The notes below the pieces were generated by a model, which did not search any database, was not told where the DNA came from, and worked only from the letters and a program-made list of their open reading frames with translations. 64,000 nt of DNA, taken from NCBI GenBank assembly GCA_963714975.1, contig CAVQQD010000001.1, forward strand, positions 160,001-224,000, given 5' to 3'. This DNA is from an uncultured Gammaproteobacteria bacterium (GTDB lineage: Bacteria > Pseudomonadota > Gammaproteobacteria > JAURND01). Positions 1 to 10,829 of this stretch are shown here, one piece after another; within the stretch, counting starts at the first letter, position 1, and the number at the start of each line of letters is the position of its first letter. The position numbers and the translations under genes are program-made.

Positions 1-34
1 TGGCTAATAAACTAGCCGCTAAAAAATATTTACG

Positions 35-133
35 ATCCATTTTTTTAATTTGTTTTAATTTTTCTTCGCTGGTGAACGAATTCAAAACTTATTCTAATTA
101 AAAAAGGGATCACATTGAATCGTTTTTTAAGGC
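35..133. repeat. 99-bp AT-rich intergenic repeat, second copy at 58313-58411
   Basis: Direct comparison shows about 7 mismatches over 99 bp, same orientation. Confidence 0.9.
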
Positions 134-171
134 ATTGCGTTTGGCGCGCTATTTTTATATGAAAAAAATTT

Positions 172-1404
172 TTACAACTCTACTATATATCTAGGTAAAA
201 AAACTTGTTGTTTCACCTTAATATTTGAAACCTTATCAATTTTATACGCTTTAATCTGATTCATACTAATGCCTCCTTTCATTAACTCAACAGCATATAA
301 AAGCAGATTTCCTGTGTTTTTTTTTCTTAAAGAGTAAGGTTCTATTAGGCGTTTAATTTCATTGTAGTCAATTTCAACACACAATCTATTTCTGGCGGCA
401 TATCGAATATGATCAATTTCTCTAGAGTCAGAAATACGGGCAGAAGTCCTAAAATTAGTTCTTCTTGTTTGCATTATTCCAAGTTCAGGAAAATAAGTGC
501 GAGGGATAGATGTTTCTCCTTTTTCATATGAAATTTCTTGGAGAGGTGATTCTGCCGGGTGCTCGTCTATCCACCAAGAAAGCGCTGGCCTTAAATCACT
601 ATAAAAACTTTCAGCAGGGGGTAGCATTTCCAATTGATGACCAAGTTGGTCTTTCCAGGCAGCTTTTAATTGCGACAAATCAAGTTGAGAAAATATAAGA
701 TCAACAGTTGGCATTGGTAATGATTTAAATGCAAATTTTTTCACCAATCCATTTCTGGCCACGTCAATATTTATATGCTCTCTAAAATTGCGACTTATGT
801 TTACTATATCGTAGATATCTCTTGCTCTTCCTTGTCGTTCAAAAATGGCACGAGTTTTTTCGGCCAATATTTCATTTACAGAGTAGCATTTGATTTTTGC
901 GGCCGGGGCTGGCGCGTCACTATACATATGAAAAATATTGCGCATGTCATGGGCGTCAACGATTATTTCATCGTCGGTAATGTCAAATTTTATTCGTTGT
1001 TGGTTTCTTGCAGGGAGGTTTAATGGTCCTAGATAAGTATATTTTGCAACATAAGTTTTGCGATTATTTTTATTGAAGCTTTCTTTAACTTCTATTTCGC
1101 GGGTTCTTAAATTAATGCCGGAATTTTCATAAATAAAATCTGCAATATCCTTCAGAGCTATTTTAATATCATTTTCATTATATATGGCGCCTTTGGGTAC
1201 GGTGAAATCTAGATCTTCAGAAAATCTATATGTTTCAAAATAACATTTTTTTAGGCATGTTCCTCCCTTAAAAAACCATTCAGAAATTTTTGCATTTTGT
1301 GAAATTCCATATAGAATCCAGCTTAAAATATAATCTTTTTCTACAGTTGTTGGCAGTAACTGTAAGGTACTGGCCAGAGAAGTTATATCTTGTTTTGTGA
1401 TCAT
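172..1404 (-). CDS. abiEii: AbiEii/AbiGii-family nucleotidyltransferase toxin (type IV TA) with C-terminal WYL domain
   Basis: Motifs EKDY, FKGGTCLKKCY, RFSEDLDF, AEK..A, RARDIYD; C-terminal 'IDY...R.IEPYSL...LLYA...KAYKIDKV' is WYL-like. Confidence 0.9.
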   Translation of the reverse strand: MITKQDITSLASTLQLLPTTVEKDYILSWILYGISQNAKISEWFFKGGTCLKKCYFETYRFSEDLDFTVPKGAIYNENDIKIALKDIADFIYENSGINLRTREIEVKESFNKNNRKTYVAKYTYLGPLNLPARNQQRIKFDITDDEIIVDAHDMRNIFHMYSDAPAPAAKIKCYSVNEILAEKTRAIFERQGRARDIYDIVNISRNFREHINIDVARNGLVKKFAFKSLPMPTVDLIFSQLDLSQLKAAWKDQLGHQLEMLPPAESFYSDLRPALSWWIDEHPAESPLQEISYEKGETSIPRTYFPELGIMQTRRTNFRTSARISDSREIDHIRYAARNRLCVEIDYNEIKRLIEPYSLRKKNTGNLLLYAVELMKGGISMNQIKAYKIDKVSNIKVKQQVFLPRYIVEL

Positions 1405-2225
1405 GCAATATCGCCTAAAGGAATATTAACCCGAATTCCCCATTTAGTAATGATTGGCCCCGAAATTGGTCCATGTGGATCGAGCTTAATGATTCCGGCT
1501 TTAATATTTGTGTGTAAATTTTCCAGCAACGATGTCGGAAATCGTCCAAATTTTTCTGCTAGAAATCCTAATCGTTTGAAAACAGCGCCATGTCCTAATT
1601 TTTCAGCATATTGGCATAATATCTCTGAATTTGCTTCTTTTTGCTTAAAATATTCTTTAACGATATCCACGCTATGCCGTCCACCTCCACCAATTTTTGG
1701 GTCATCTAATATGTCAATTATGGTTCGATGGATATCTGCAATCTGCACTTGTGTATTGCTAGACCATATCTTTTTTGTGCCAAAAATATCACTGAGTGGA
1801 ATTGTTTTAGTTTCATATTTTAAACTGGCAATTAAAATTTCTCTTTTTCGTTGTTTTTGTGTTGTAAATATAATGGTCGAATTAAAAATTTGTTCTGTTA
1901 ATTCCCAATGTTCAGCAGCTGTCCAACCAGAAATATAGCAGGGGGAAAATAGCTCTACAGCAATAGCCCAAGCATCTTCTGGTGTAGGATTTGTGCTTTC
2001 AGACCCAAGGGGAATAATGCGATAAGCTCCTGAACGAAGTCGCTGTATCCAGCCTTTTTTGCAAAGGCGGGAGAGCATTAGGTTCGACGTTGCCCTACTG
2101 AAATCTAACTGATTTTCTAAATCAGTTGCACGTATAACAGGTTTCCCTAGGCGGCTCATCACATCAAGAACATGTCTTTCCAATGAACCTATTCCGGCTT
2201 GAGGGTCAATGTATTCTGGGTTCAT
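1401..2225 (-). CDS. abiEi: AbiEi-family antitoxin / transcriptional regulator
   Basis: N-terminal wHTH (LSRLCKKGWIQRLRSGAY), YISGWTAAEHWELTEQ, D..RTIID, KRLGFL; 4-bp overlap with the toxin gene. Confidence 0.9.
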   Translation of the reverse strand: MNPEYIDPQAGIGSLERHVLDVMSRLGKPVIRATDLENQLDFSRATSNLMLSRLCKKGWIQRLRSGAYRIIPLGSESTNPTPEDAWAIAVELFSPCYISGWTAAEHWELTEQIFNSTIIFTTQKQRKREILIASLKYETKTIPLSDIFGTKKIWSSNTQVQIADIHRTIIDILDDPKIGGGGRHSVDIVKEYFKQKEANSEILCQYAEKLGHGAVFKRLGFLAEKFGRFPTSLLENLHTNIKAGIIKLDPHGPISGPIITKWGIRVNIPLGDIA

Positions 2226-2423
2226 ATAATAGCTTAATAAGTTATTAATTGCAGTTTAAATATAACACTAATTATATTATAGGTGCGAATAAATTCTTAA
2301 TAAGATGTTTTTAACACTTTAAATATAATCGTATTCCACTTTATAATAAAGGATTGATGAGGGACCAAAGAACCACACGTATCTAGCTTGCAACGCGATA
2401 TGTGACAAAGAGTAACCATTGGA

Positions 2424-3875
2424 TCATTCACCGTTATCCTGCCACGCGAGGTCCAATTCCTTAGCCGCTTTAACATCATCGAGACGCCGCACTGGCAAGG
2501 TGTAGGGGGCGCCTTTGACTAGCTCGGGATCAGTGGTAGCTTCCTGGTACACTTTGGCCATTACCTCAACAAATTCATCAAGCACTTGTTTAGTTTCAGT
2601 TTCCGTGGGTTCAATCAACATACATTCAGGGATAATCAGCGGAAAGTAAATGGTGGGAGCATGGATGCCATAATCCAACAAGCGCTTGGCAAAATCTCGG
2701 GCATTGACATCGCATTGCTTGGCAATTTTTTGCAAAGTTACAATAAATTCATGGCTCGCGCGACGTTGTGGGAAAGCCAGCGTAAAACCGGCTTGTTCCA
2801 AACGTTTCGCTAAGTAATTCGCATTTAAGGTGGCAAATTCTGCGACCCGCAATAAGCCCTTGCGACCTAGCAGACGTAGGTAAATATAGGCACGAATTAA
2901 CACCCCAGCATTGCCCATAAACGTGGATAACCGCCCAATCGTTTCGGGAAAATCTTGCTCACCCAGCCAACACCACTGATCGCCCTGTTTACCCACTCTG
3001 GGGATTGGTAAAAAAGGTGTTAATTTTTCCACGACAGCCACGGGTCCGGCCCCCGGTCCGCCGCCACCATGCGGGGTGGAAAAAGTTTTATGCAAGTTGA
3101 GATGAATCACGTCAAAGCCCATATCACTTGGCCGCGCTTTGCCTAAAATGGCGTTTAAATTGGCGCCATCGTAATACAATAGTCCGCCAGCCGCATGAAC
3201 TAAATCGGCGATTTCGCGGATGTTGCTTTCAAACACCCCTAAGGTGGAGGGATTGGTGAGCATAATTCCTGCTGTCGTCGGTCCGAGGGCTGCTTGCAAT
3301 GCGGCTAAATCAACATTACCCTCTTTATCGCTGGGGATTTCTTTCACCGTATAACCACACATCGCCGCCGAAGCGGGGTTGGTGCCATGAGCAGTATCAG
3401 GAACTAAAATTTCCGTGCGAGCAAAATCGCCCCGCCCTTGATGATAAGCACGAATAATCGCCACGCCAGCAAATTCGCCTTGGGCCCCTGCCATTGGGCT
3501 TAACGCTACCTCAGCCATGCCAGTGATAATCTTGAGATATTCTTGTAGTTCATAGAGACATTCTAGATAACCTTGGCTAAATTGTGGCAAAGAAAGCGGG
3601 TGCCGATTGGCGATGTCGGGTAAAAATGCCAAGCGGTGCGCACGTGGATTATATTTCATTGTGCACGAGCCTAGGGGGTAAAAATTTGTGTCGATAGAAA
3701 AGTTTAGACGAGAAAGTCGGGTGTAGTGGCGCACCACTTGTAACTCGGATACTGCGGGTAATTTTGGCGGTTTGGTGCGCAGCAATGAAGCGGGAATTGC
3801 GCTGACAGAGTGGTTAATTAGCGGCGCCTGCGCTGTAGCGCGTCGGCCAGGTACGGAATATTCAAAAATTAGCAT
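2424..3875 (-). CDS. gcvPB: Glycine dehydrogenase (decarboxylating) subunit 2
   Basis: [35 protein letters not shown]. Confidence 0.97.
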   Translation of the reverse strand: MLIFEYSVPGRRATAQAPLINHSVSAIPASLLRTKPPKLPAVSELQVVRHYTRLSRLNFSIDTNFYPLGSCTMKYNPRAHRLAFLPDIANRHPLSLPQFSQGYLECLYELQEYLKIITGMAEVALSPMAGAQGEFAGVAIIRAYHQGRGDFARTEILVPDTAHGTNPASAAMCGYTVKEIPSDKEGNVDLAALQAALGPTTAGIMLTNPSTLGVFESNIREIADLVHAAGGLLYYDGANLNAILGKARPSDMGFDVIHLNLHKTFSTPHGGGGPGAGPVAVVEKLTPFLPIPRVGKQGDQWCWLGEQDFPETIGRLSTFMGNAGVLIRAYIYLRLLGRKGLLRVAEFATLNANYLAKRLEQAGFTLAFPQRRASHEFIVTLQKIAKQCDVNARDFAKRLLDYGIHAPTIYFPLIIPECMLIEPTETETKQVLDEFVEVMAKVYQEATTDPELVKGAPYTLPVRRLDDVKAAKELDLAWQDNGE

Positions 3876-5326
3876 GTTTTGCCTCCAGCCAATAAATCCT
3901 CGGCATTATTCCTTCTCCCCTTGTGGGAGAAGGTGGCCGTAGGCCGGATGAGGGGTGGTGGGTTAGGAAGAGGGGGTAATCCCTTTAATACACTAACCAA
4001 AGTATCCAAGTCCTCAACCGTTTTCGTTTCCGTCGTACAAAGTAACAATGCTTGCCCCAATTCAGGATAAAAGGGCGTTAAGTCCAGGCCTCCTTGAATT
4101 CCTTGCTTGGCCAAACCGTCAAGTATTTGTGCCACGGGTTTTTTGCAACGCACAACCCACTCATGAAAAAATGGCCGGCTAAATATCTGCTCGATCCCTT
4201 CGATTTCGCGCAATCGTTCTGATAAGTACACTGCATTGTGGTGACTGCTAGCCGCTACGCGACGTAAGCCCTCAGCTCCCAGCAGACTCATATAAATAGT
4301 GGCAGCCACCACCATTAAGCCTTGGTTGGTGCAAATGTTGGAAGTCGCTTTGGAGCGCCGAATGTGTTGCTCCCTAGCTTGCAGGGTAAGAGTGAAGCCA
4401 GTTTTTCCCTCTACATCCACAGTGCGGCCGATGATGCGGCCTGGCATTTGTCGGACATAAGTTTGTTTGCAGCAGAGAAAGCCAAAATAAGGCCCGCCCG
4501 AAGCAAGGGGAATTCCTAGAGGCTGGCCTTCACCACAAACAATATCCGCGCCTTCACTGCCCCAGCAGCCAGGTTCTTTAAGTAACGCCAATGAGGTCGG
4601 GTTGACCAAAGCAATGGACATCATGTTGCGGCGGCGTGCCCAATCAGTCAATTCATCCACTTCTTCGAGTACCCCGAAGAAATTAGGTTGGGGAATGATC
4701 AAAGCATTGTGCTCATCCGTGTCGTATTGAGCCAAGGTCGCAAGATCAATATGCCCGGTGTTTTGATTGTAAGGTATTTCCACAATTTCTAGTGCTTGAG
4801 GGGCAACGATGCTACGAATGGTAGCGCGGTAATAAGGGTGTACGGTTTTGGGAACTAAAATGCGCTTGCTTTTAGAGCATCGATTGGCGCGCACCGCCAT
4901 GAGAATGGCTTCGGCTAAAGCCGAGGCGCCATCGTAGAGTGAAGCATTCGAGACGTCCATGCCGGTTAATTGCGTCATCATGGATTGATATTCGTAAATC
5001 AATTGCAAGCTGCCTTGGCTGGCTTCGGCTTGATAAGGGGTGTAGCAGGTGAGAAATTCACCACGACTAATTAAATCTAAAATTGCCGAAGGAACATGAT
5101 GTCCATAAGCGCCCGCACCGATAAAGCAGAGCTCAGCATGGTCTTTTTTCATGCGTTTTTGCAGTAGTTGCGTGACTTCTAACTCGGATAATGCTTCGGG
5201 CATTCCAGGCAAATCGTCAATGCGCAACTCAGGTGAAATCTCGCTAAATAAGTCCTCGATCTGAGTTAACCCTAGGGTAGCAAGCATTTCGGTAATTTCA
5301 GCTTCGGTGTGTGGGATGAAAGGCAT
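3869..5326 (-). CDS. gcvPA: Glycine dehydrogenase subunit 1, with a repeat-derived C-terminal extension
   Basis: [29 protein letters not shown]; last about 35 aa run through a palindromic repeat. Confidence 0.97.
   Translation of the reverse strand: MPFIPHTEAEITEMLATLGLTQIEDLFSEISPELRIDDLPGMPEALSELEVTQLLQKRMKKDHAELCFIGAGAYGHHVPSAILDLISRGEFLTCYTPYQAEASQGSLQLIYEYQSMMTQLTGMDVSNASLYDGASALAEAILMAVRANRCSKSKRILVPKTVHPYYRATIRSIVAPQALEIVEIPYNQNTGHIDLATLAQYDTDEHNALIIPQPNFFGVLEEVDELTDWARRRNMMSIALVNPTSLALLKEPGCWGSEGADIVCGEGQPLGIPLASGGPYFGFLCCKQTYVRQMPGRIIGRTVDVEGKTGFTLTLQAREQHIRRSKATSNICTNQGLMVVAATIYMSLLGAEGLRRVAASSHHNAVYLSERLREIEGIEQIFSRPFFHEWVVRCKKPVAQILDGLAKQGIQGGLDLTPFYPELGQALLLCTTETKTVEDLDTLVSVLKGLPPLPNPPPLIRPTATFSHKGRRNNAEDLLAGGKTC
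3894..3976. repeat. REP/RPE-like palindromic element (family A) inside the gcvPA 3' end
   Basis: ccttctccccttgtgggagaaggtggccgtaggccggatgagggg; near-identical copies at 7776, 22773 (inverted) and 42258. Confidence 0.9.
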
Positions 5327-5337
5327 AAATATCTCGG

Positions 5338-5730
5338 CTATTCTTCGGCTATATTATTGGCGTACCCTTCAGCAGATAATAAATGAGTCAAGTCTGCTGG
5401 ATCATTGATGCGGAGTTGGCACAGCCAGCCTTCCCCATAGGGGTCGTTGTTCATCAGCTCGGGGTGGTTGTTTAAAGCGGTATTGACGGCAACAACTTCG
5501 CTGGCCACAGGTGCGTAAACATCAGCCGCTGCTTTTACGGATTCTACGACAGCGCAATTGTCGCGGGAAGCTAATTTCGTTTCTAGTTGCGGAAGTTCAA
5601 CAAAAACAATATCGCCTAGTAGTTCCTGAGCATGGTCGGTGACGCCGAGAGTGATTATGCCATCTTTTTCCTCGCGGACCCATTCGTGGCTAGTCGTGTA
5701 TTTTAAGTGAGTGGGAATTTGGCTGCTCAT
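5338..5730 (-). CDS. gcvH: Glycine cleavage system H protein
   Basis: [14 protein letters not shown], lipoyl site [13 protein letters not shown]. Confidence 0.97.
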   Translation of the reverse strand: MSSQIPTHLKYTTSHEWVREEKDGIITLGVTDHAQELLGDIVFVELPQLETKLASRDNCAVVESVKAAADVYAPVASEVVAVNTALNNHPELMNNDPYGEGWLCQLRINDPADLTHLLSAEGYANNIAEE

Positions 5731-6824
5731 GGTTTGTCCCTCAAAATTAGAAAACGTGGTTTTACGATGCGAGCCGGAGCGCGCTGATCGCGGATTTGTA
5801 CCCAGCAGTGTTGGGCTTCGATATTCGGTATGCGGGCAAGTGCGATTGCTCGTTGTAACGTTGGGGAGAAGCTACCACTGGTAATTTCGCCTTCGATGGT
5901 TTGGGTCCCGCAATCAAGTTGCGGGATGATCACTTTCTGATGGCTGCGCATTACCCCTTTTTGTTCTAATACGAGGCCAACCAATCGCCATTTGATTTGG
6001 TCTTTTTGGGCTTCTAGTGCTGCTCGGCCTATAAAATTTCGATCCGCAGGGTTCCAAGCAATCGTCCAGCCTAAGTTAGATTCTAGGGGAGAGGTGGTCT
6101 CATCCATATCTGACCCATATAAATTTAAACCAGCTTCCAGACGTAAAGTGTCACGCGCACCCAGGCCGCAAGGTTTGATGCCAGCAGCAAGCAGTTGCTC
6201 CCAAAATTCAGCGGCGCTAGCAGCGGGGAGCATAATTTCCAGACCGTCCTCACCGGTGTAACCGGTATGGGCAATGCAATGCGTTTGATATTCAATAACG
6301 GCAAAATGCGCCATGGATTGGATTAAAGCATAAGCATCAGGTGGATAAACTTGGACTATTTTGTGAATCGCCTGGGGTCCTTGTACCGCAATAATTGCTA
6401 AGTCTGCACGTGGAGTAACTTGAACCGAAAATTCTTTGGCATGATGCTCCACCCAGGCAATATCTTTTTCGCGCGTGCTGGCGTTCACTACCAGGCGGTA
6501 TTGCTGTTCACCCAGACGGTAGACAATCAGATCATCGACCACGCCGCCTTGCCCATTGAGCATACAACTGTAGAGCGCTTTGCCTGGGTTTGTTAACTTA
6601 GCAACGTCATTGGCCAGCAGATAACGTAAATAAGCAGTTGCTTCAGAGCCACTGAGGTCAATAATGGTCATGTGGGAAACGTCAAACATGCCAGCATCAT
6701 TGCGAACCTGCAGGTGCTCTTCAATTTGAGAGCCATAATGCAAGGGCATATCCCAACCTGCGAAATCAACTAGTTTCCCGCCTGCCTGTTGGTGGTTTTG
6801 AAAGAGGGCTGTTCTGTTTGCCAT
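5727..6824 (-). CDS. gcvT: Aminomethyltransferase (glycine cleavage T protein)
   Basis: [37 protein letters not shown]. Confidence 0.97.
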   Translation of the reverse strand: MANRTALFQNHQQAGGKLVDFAGWDMPLHYGSQIEEHLQVRNDAGMFDVSHMTIIDLSGSEATAYLRYLLANDVAKLTNPGKALYSCMLNGQGGVVDDLIVYRLGEQQYRLVVNASTREKDIAWVEHHAKEFSVQVTPRADLAIIAVQGPQAIHKIVQVYPPDAYALIQSMAHFAVIEYQTHCIAHTGYTGEDGLEIMLPAASAAEFWEQLLAAGIKPCGLGARDTLRLEAGLNLYGSDMDETTSPLESNLGWTIAWNPADRNFIGRAALEAQKDQIKWRLVGLVLEQKGVMRSHQKVIIPQLDCGTQTIEGEITSGSFSPTLQRAIALARIPNIEAQHCWVQIRDQRAPARIVKPRFLILRDKP

Positions 6825-6899
6825 AATTTGTTTTCCACTGCGAGGCGGGAATTATACATCATGGGACCATTAGCAAACAATGCTACTAGCCAGGGTTGG

Positions 6900-9488
6900 T
6901 TATGTGAATCTTTTTAATATTTTTTCGATATCAACCCCAGTCTTGTGAATGGATTGCCAAATATCTCCTTCACGTGCCAAGCGTTTCATAATGTTTTTAA
7001 TTGTAAATTGCAGTGGGGTTAGTCCTGGCCGTACTTCATGCCAATGCAAGGGCGTAGAAACAGGGGCTTCGGGATGAGGTCGAATTGAATAAGGAGCAGC
7101 TACAGTTTGCCCATAGCGATTTTGTAAAAAATCCAGATATATCTTGCCGTTACGTCGTGCAGGTAAGCGTTCCATACTGGTTATTTGCGGGAGTTCTTGG
7201 TGAATGTAGGAGCAAATAAGTTCAGCAAATTGCCTCGATTGCTCAAAGGTATATTTGCCCCTTAAAGGAAGATAAATATGCATACCGGATGCTCCTGAAG
7301 TTTTACAGTAGTGAGCTATGTCCAGCTTTGCTAGAAATTTATGAATAAAAGCAGCCACCTCAATCACTACCGCAAATTCAACTCCTTCAGGATCGAGGTC
7401 GAGCACACAAAAATTCGGTTTTGCAATATTAGTATATCTTGCTAGCCAAGGGTTCATTTCGATGCAGCCTAAATTGGCCATATAAAGTAAACTAAATTTA
7501 TTTTTACAGATTAAGTAATTAATTTTATGTTTTTCAGTTTCAGAATAGAGCGGCAGAGTTTCTAATCCGGGGATTTTGTATTTCAGGTTTTTTTGATAAA
7601 AATGCTCACCATGAATCCCGTTAGGAAAACGATGTAAAACCTGCGGATAGTTTTTTAAATACGGCAAAATAAACTTAGCAATATCTGAGTAATATTCGAT
7701 TAAATCTCTTTTAGTGTAGCCAGACTCAGGCCAAAAAATTTTATTGAGGTTGGTTATTTTTAAGCGATCTATTAATCCTTCTCCCCTTGTGGGAGAAGGT
7801 GGCCGTAGGCCGGATGAGGGGTGGTCTCCAAATTTCCTCTCCCCCGCCCGAGCGCTAGCGAGGGAAGGTGGGAGAGGGTTAGGGAGAGGGGGTGGTGGAC
7901 TTAGCTCCCCCCTCATCCGCCTTCGGCACCTTCTCCCACAAGGGGAGAAGGAAAAATGTCGACTACTCGACTCTATATAAACCGAGCGCGCTAATTTGTC
8001 TTCTCTTATTCCAAGAAAAGCAGGTTGCCGCATGTAGCCTTGGGTGGTCCACTCGTGAAAAGCGACTTCACATACCAATTGTGGCTTTAACCAAGTGACC
8101 GGAGAATTGGTTTTCGGAACTTTTGCAAAGGGTGATTTTGCTTGCATTAAACGATCAAGACGCGGTTTTAATTCTTTGATGAATTGGTCTGTAAAACCCG
8201 TGCCAGTATGACCAATATATTTTAAGTGTCCTCTTTCATAAACTCCTAAGATCAGAGCACCTAATAATTTTCTACTACCTCGCGGCGCAGTATAGCCACA
8301 AATGACAGCTTCTTGTTGCAGACGCGACTTAATTTTCAACCAGCTGTGACTACGCTTGCCGGCTTGGTAAAAACTCTTCGCATCTTTAGCCATAATACCT
8401 TCGAGGTGCAGTGATTTAGCTAATTTAAAAAACTTTTTTCCAGTTCCTTCAATATGGTCACTGATTTGCACTTGCTGCAGAGGGGGAAGTATATCGCCGA
8501 GTAATTGCTGTCTTTTTATTAAGGGAAGTTCGCGCAAGTCGTGATGGTTCAACCAAATTAAATCAAAAATATAATAGACTAAACGACCTCCACCTTCGGG
8601 ATATTGTTGCATTAATTCAAAATGCGAAATTCCTTGATTATCAATTACCACCATTTCGCCATCAAAGACTGCTTGCACATCCAGCCTAGCTAAAACCGCT
8701 GCGATTTCTGCAAAAGCTTGCGTATAATCCTGATGATTACGACTATAGAGTTTAACTCGTTTATGATCGACGAATGCCAAAATACGATAACCATCCCATT
8801 TTATTTCAAAGAACCATTCCGGATGATCAAAAGGCTTATTCACTAAGGTAGCTAACATTGGAGCAACGAGTTTTGGCATAGGAACACTTGGAGTTGAAGA
8901 TAAATCGAAATTTTTTTTTTGGTGATCCAGTTGTTCTAATGTTAGACCACTGCGTACAGAATTTTCAGGTAAACCAGTTTTTTTTATGCTGGAATTTTCT
9001 TTGGATTTAATTAATAACCAAGCATTTTTTTGGGGACTCTTTATTTTTATCAAGGAAAATTTTCCGGAAAGTTTTTTCCCATGCAATTCAAAATCAAGAT
9101 GTCCAGCGTTTAAGGCATTAATAAAATATGTATTGAAATCTTTGCTTGGCTTTCCGGGATCATAACTGCCTTCGTCCCAAATAATTACCTTACCTGCGCC
9201 ATAATTTCCTTGGGGAATTATCCCCTCGAAGTCTTTATATTCATAAGGATGGTCTTCTACTTGGATCGCCAACCGCTTAACAGTTGGATTTAATGAAGGC
9301 CCTTTAGGAATAGCCCAACTTTTTAGTACACCATTCATTTCTAGACGGAAATCGTAATGCAAATGAGAGGCCGCGTGTTTTTGGATCACAAAGCGTAAAA
9401 GTTTTTGTTTTGTTTTTTTTCCCCGTGTTCCCTTGGGTTCAGGGCTTAGGTTAAAACGTCGTTTTTTCTGATATTCCTTAAGTGGCAT
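6900..9488 (-). CDS. ligD: NHEJ DNA ligase D (phosphoesterase-ligase-polymerase) with an in-frame repeat insertion
   Basis: FVIQKHAASHLHYDFRLE (PE), EIKWDGYR (ligase), DLDP / KTSG..GMHIY (polymerase). Confidence 0.95.
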   Translation of the reverse strand: MPLKEYQKKRRFNLSPEPKGTRGKKTKQKLLRFVIQKHAASHLHYDFRLEMNGVLKSWAIPKGPSLNPTVKRLAIQVEDHPYEYKDFEGIIPQGNYGAGKVIIWDEGSYDPGKPSKDFNTYFINALNAGHLDFELHGKKLSGKFSLIKIKSPQKNAWLLIKSKENSSIKKTGLPENSVRSGLTLEQLDHQKKNFDLSSTPSVPMPKLVAPMLATLVNKPFDHPEWFFEIKWDGYRILAFVDHKRVKLYSRNHQDYTQAFAEIAAVLARLDVQAVFDGEMVVIDNQGISHFELMQQYPEGGGRLVYYIFDLIWLNHHDLRELPLIKRQQLLGDILPPLQQVQISDHIEGTGKKFFKLAKSLHLEGIMAKDAKSFYQAGKRSHSWLKIKSRLQQEAVICGYTAPRGSRKLLGALILGVYERGHLKYIGHTGTGFTDQFIKELKPRLDRLMQAKSPFAKVPKTNSPVTWLKPQLVCEVAFHEWTTQGYMRQPAFLGIREDKLARSVYIESSSRHFSFSPCGRRCRRRMRGELSPPPPLPNPLPPSLASARAGERKFGDHPSSGLRPPSPTRGEGLIDRLKITNLNKIFWPESGYTKRDLIEYYSDIAKFILPYLKNYPQVLHRFPNGIHGEHFYQKNLKYKIPGLETLPLYSETEKHKINYLICKNKFSLLYMANLGCIEMNPWLARYTNIAKPNFCVLDLDPEGVEFAVVIEVAAFIHKFLAKLDIAHYCKTSGASGMHIYLPLRGKYTFEQSRQFAELICSYIHQELPQITSMERLPARRNGKIYLDFLQNRYGQTVAAPYSIRPHPEAPVSTPLHWHEVRPGLTPLQFTIKNIMKRLAREGDIWQSIHKTGVDIEKILKRFT
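7776..7952. repeat. 177-bp composite palindromic element (two inverted family-A units) inserted in frame in ligD
   Basis: Ends tccttctccccttgtgggagaaggtg / caccttctcccacaaggggagaagga are reverse complements; length equals 59 codons. Confidence 0.9.
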
Positions 9489-9535
9489 TTACCCAGTCCC
9501 CCTGGCTTCATTCTAATTAACAGTATAGCTCAGGA

Positions 9536-10588
9536 TTATGGTGCGGGTTTCTCTAGCATATTGTGTTGACAGCTGCGAACATCCGCCTTAGCGGTTTCTC
9601 GTCCGTAAGTTGCCAATAAAACTAATTGTATCCCGCTAAGCACAAAACCTAACCCTGAATCCTGGAAATAAGACCCAGCTACGATTGAGATTAGCAACCC
9701 AAGTGTTGCGGAATTTTCAAGCGAATGCATAAACCAATCGCCGCGAAGTTGCCATTTTTGCGCCGTAGTCAATTGACCCTGAGTGTCATTTTTTTGATTA
9801 TACAGATTGACATACTGATTAGCTTTAGCAGCTAAAATGCCGAAAACGACGCACGAAATGCTTGCTACAATATAGGGACTAATATCATATTCAAAATTTG
9901 TTATCGGTACATTTAACCACTCCATTCCACTCGATTTAAAAAGCGGGTCCAAAATCCCAGCCACAACAAAAATAGCGACAAAACCATTAAGAAGCTTCCC
10001 TCCATAAGCGGCCTGAGTTGAAAGGTCTGGCTGTTTTTGACCTGTTTTTTCGGCTTCTTCTTGCTCTTTATTGTACCTCAAGATATTTTCTCGGTGACTG
10101 CGCACCGTCCCCCAAGCTGTAACCGCGCCGTAAGCTAATGAGAGTAGTTGTAATAAGATAAATTCCCAGTTATCAAGATGAGAGCTAGCGAAAATCGTGA
10201 TCAACAATGCCGGTACGGCAGCATTTTCGAGTGTCTGCATAACGAAATCGCCGACCAGGGCAGCTTTTTGATCTTGGTGAAGTTTGATCTCCGGATGCTT
10301 AGATTTTTGACAATGAAGATTCATGCATCTATGCGCTGCAGCCGATAAAATGCCCAAAGAAACGCAGAGAACCGCTGCTATCACATAGGGACTAATATCA
10401 TATTCAAAATTGGGTACAGGTACATTGAATAGGTTCCCCCCACTCGACCTAAAGAAAGGGTCAAGAATCTCAGCCACGACAAAAATAGCCGCCAATCCTT
10501 TGCTGAGTTCTCCTACATAAGCTGCGTAAGTCCAAACATCTGGGTGTCCATGATTATGCTCATGATTATGCTGGTGTTCACTCGACAT
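9536..10588 (-). CDS. Hypothetical multi-pass membrane protein, His-rich N-terminus, internal tandem duplication
   Basis: Two homologous halves (AIFVVAxILDPxFxSSG...NFEYDISPY...LEN.A) about 171 aa apart. Confidence 0.8.
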   Translation of the reverse strand: MSSEHQHNHEHNHGHPDVWTYAAYVGELSKGLAAIFVVAEILDPFFRSSGGNLFNVPVPNFEYDISPYVIAAVLCVSLGILSAAAHRCMNLHCQKSKHPEIKLHQDQKAALVGDFVMQTLENAAVPALLITIFASSHLDNWEFILLQLLSLAYGAVTAWGTVRSHRENILRYNKEQEEAEKTGQKQPDLSTQAAYGGKLLNGFVAIFVVAGILDPLFKSSGMEWLNVPITNFEYDISPYIVASISCVVFGILAAKANQYVNLYNQKNDTQGQLTTAQKWQLRGDWFMHSLENSATLGLLISIVAGSYFQDSGLGFVLSGIQLVLLATYGRETAKADVRSCQHNMLEKPAP

Positions 10589-10829
10589 TATTATTCCCCT
10601 CTTTTCGCTGGGGGCTTATTATTGCCTATTTGCGCGAAGTATACAAGATTACGGCAGAAATTAACCTTGATTTGCTAGAAAAAGCTCTCAAAAATTGCCG
10701 CACAGAATAGATTTCCGGGGCTATTCTCATAAACCTATGGCAATCATCGGAGTTTGTTTGTGCATTATCGCAAGACTTCACCCTCAGAACTATAATTGCT
10801 ACATAGGGAAAGAATACAACGGGGGTTAT

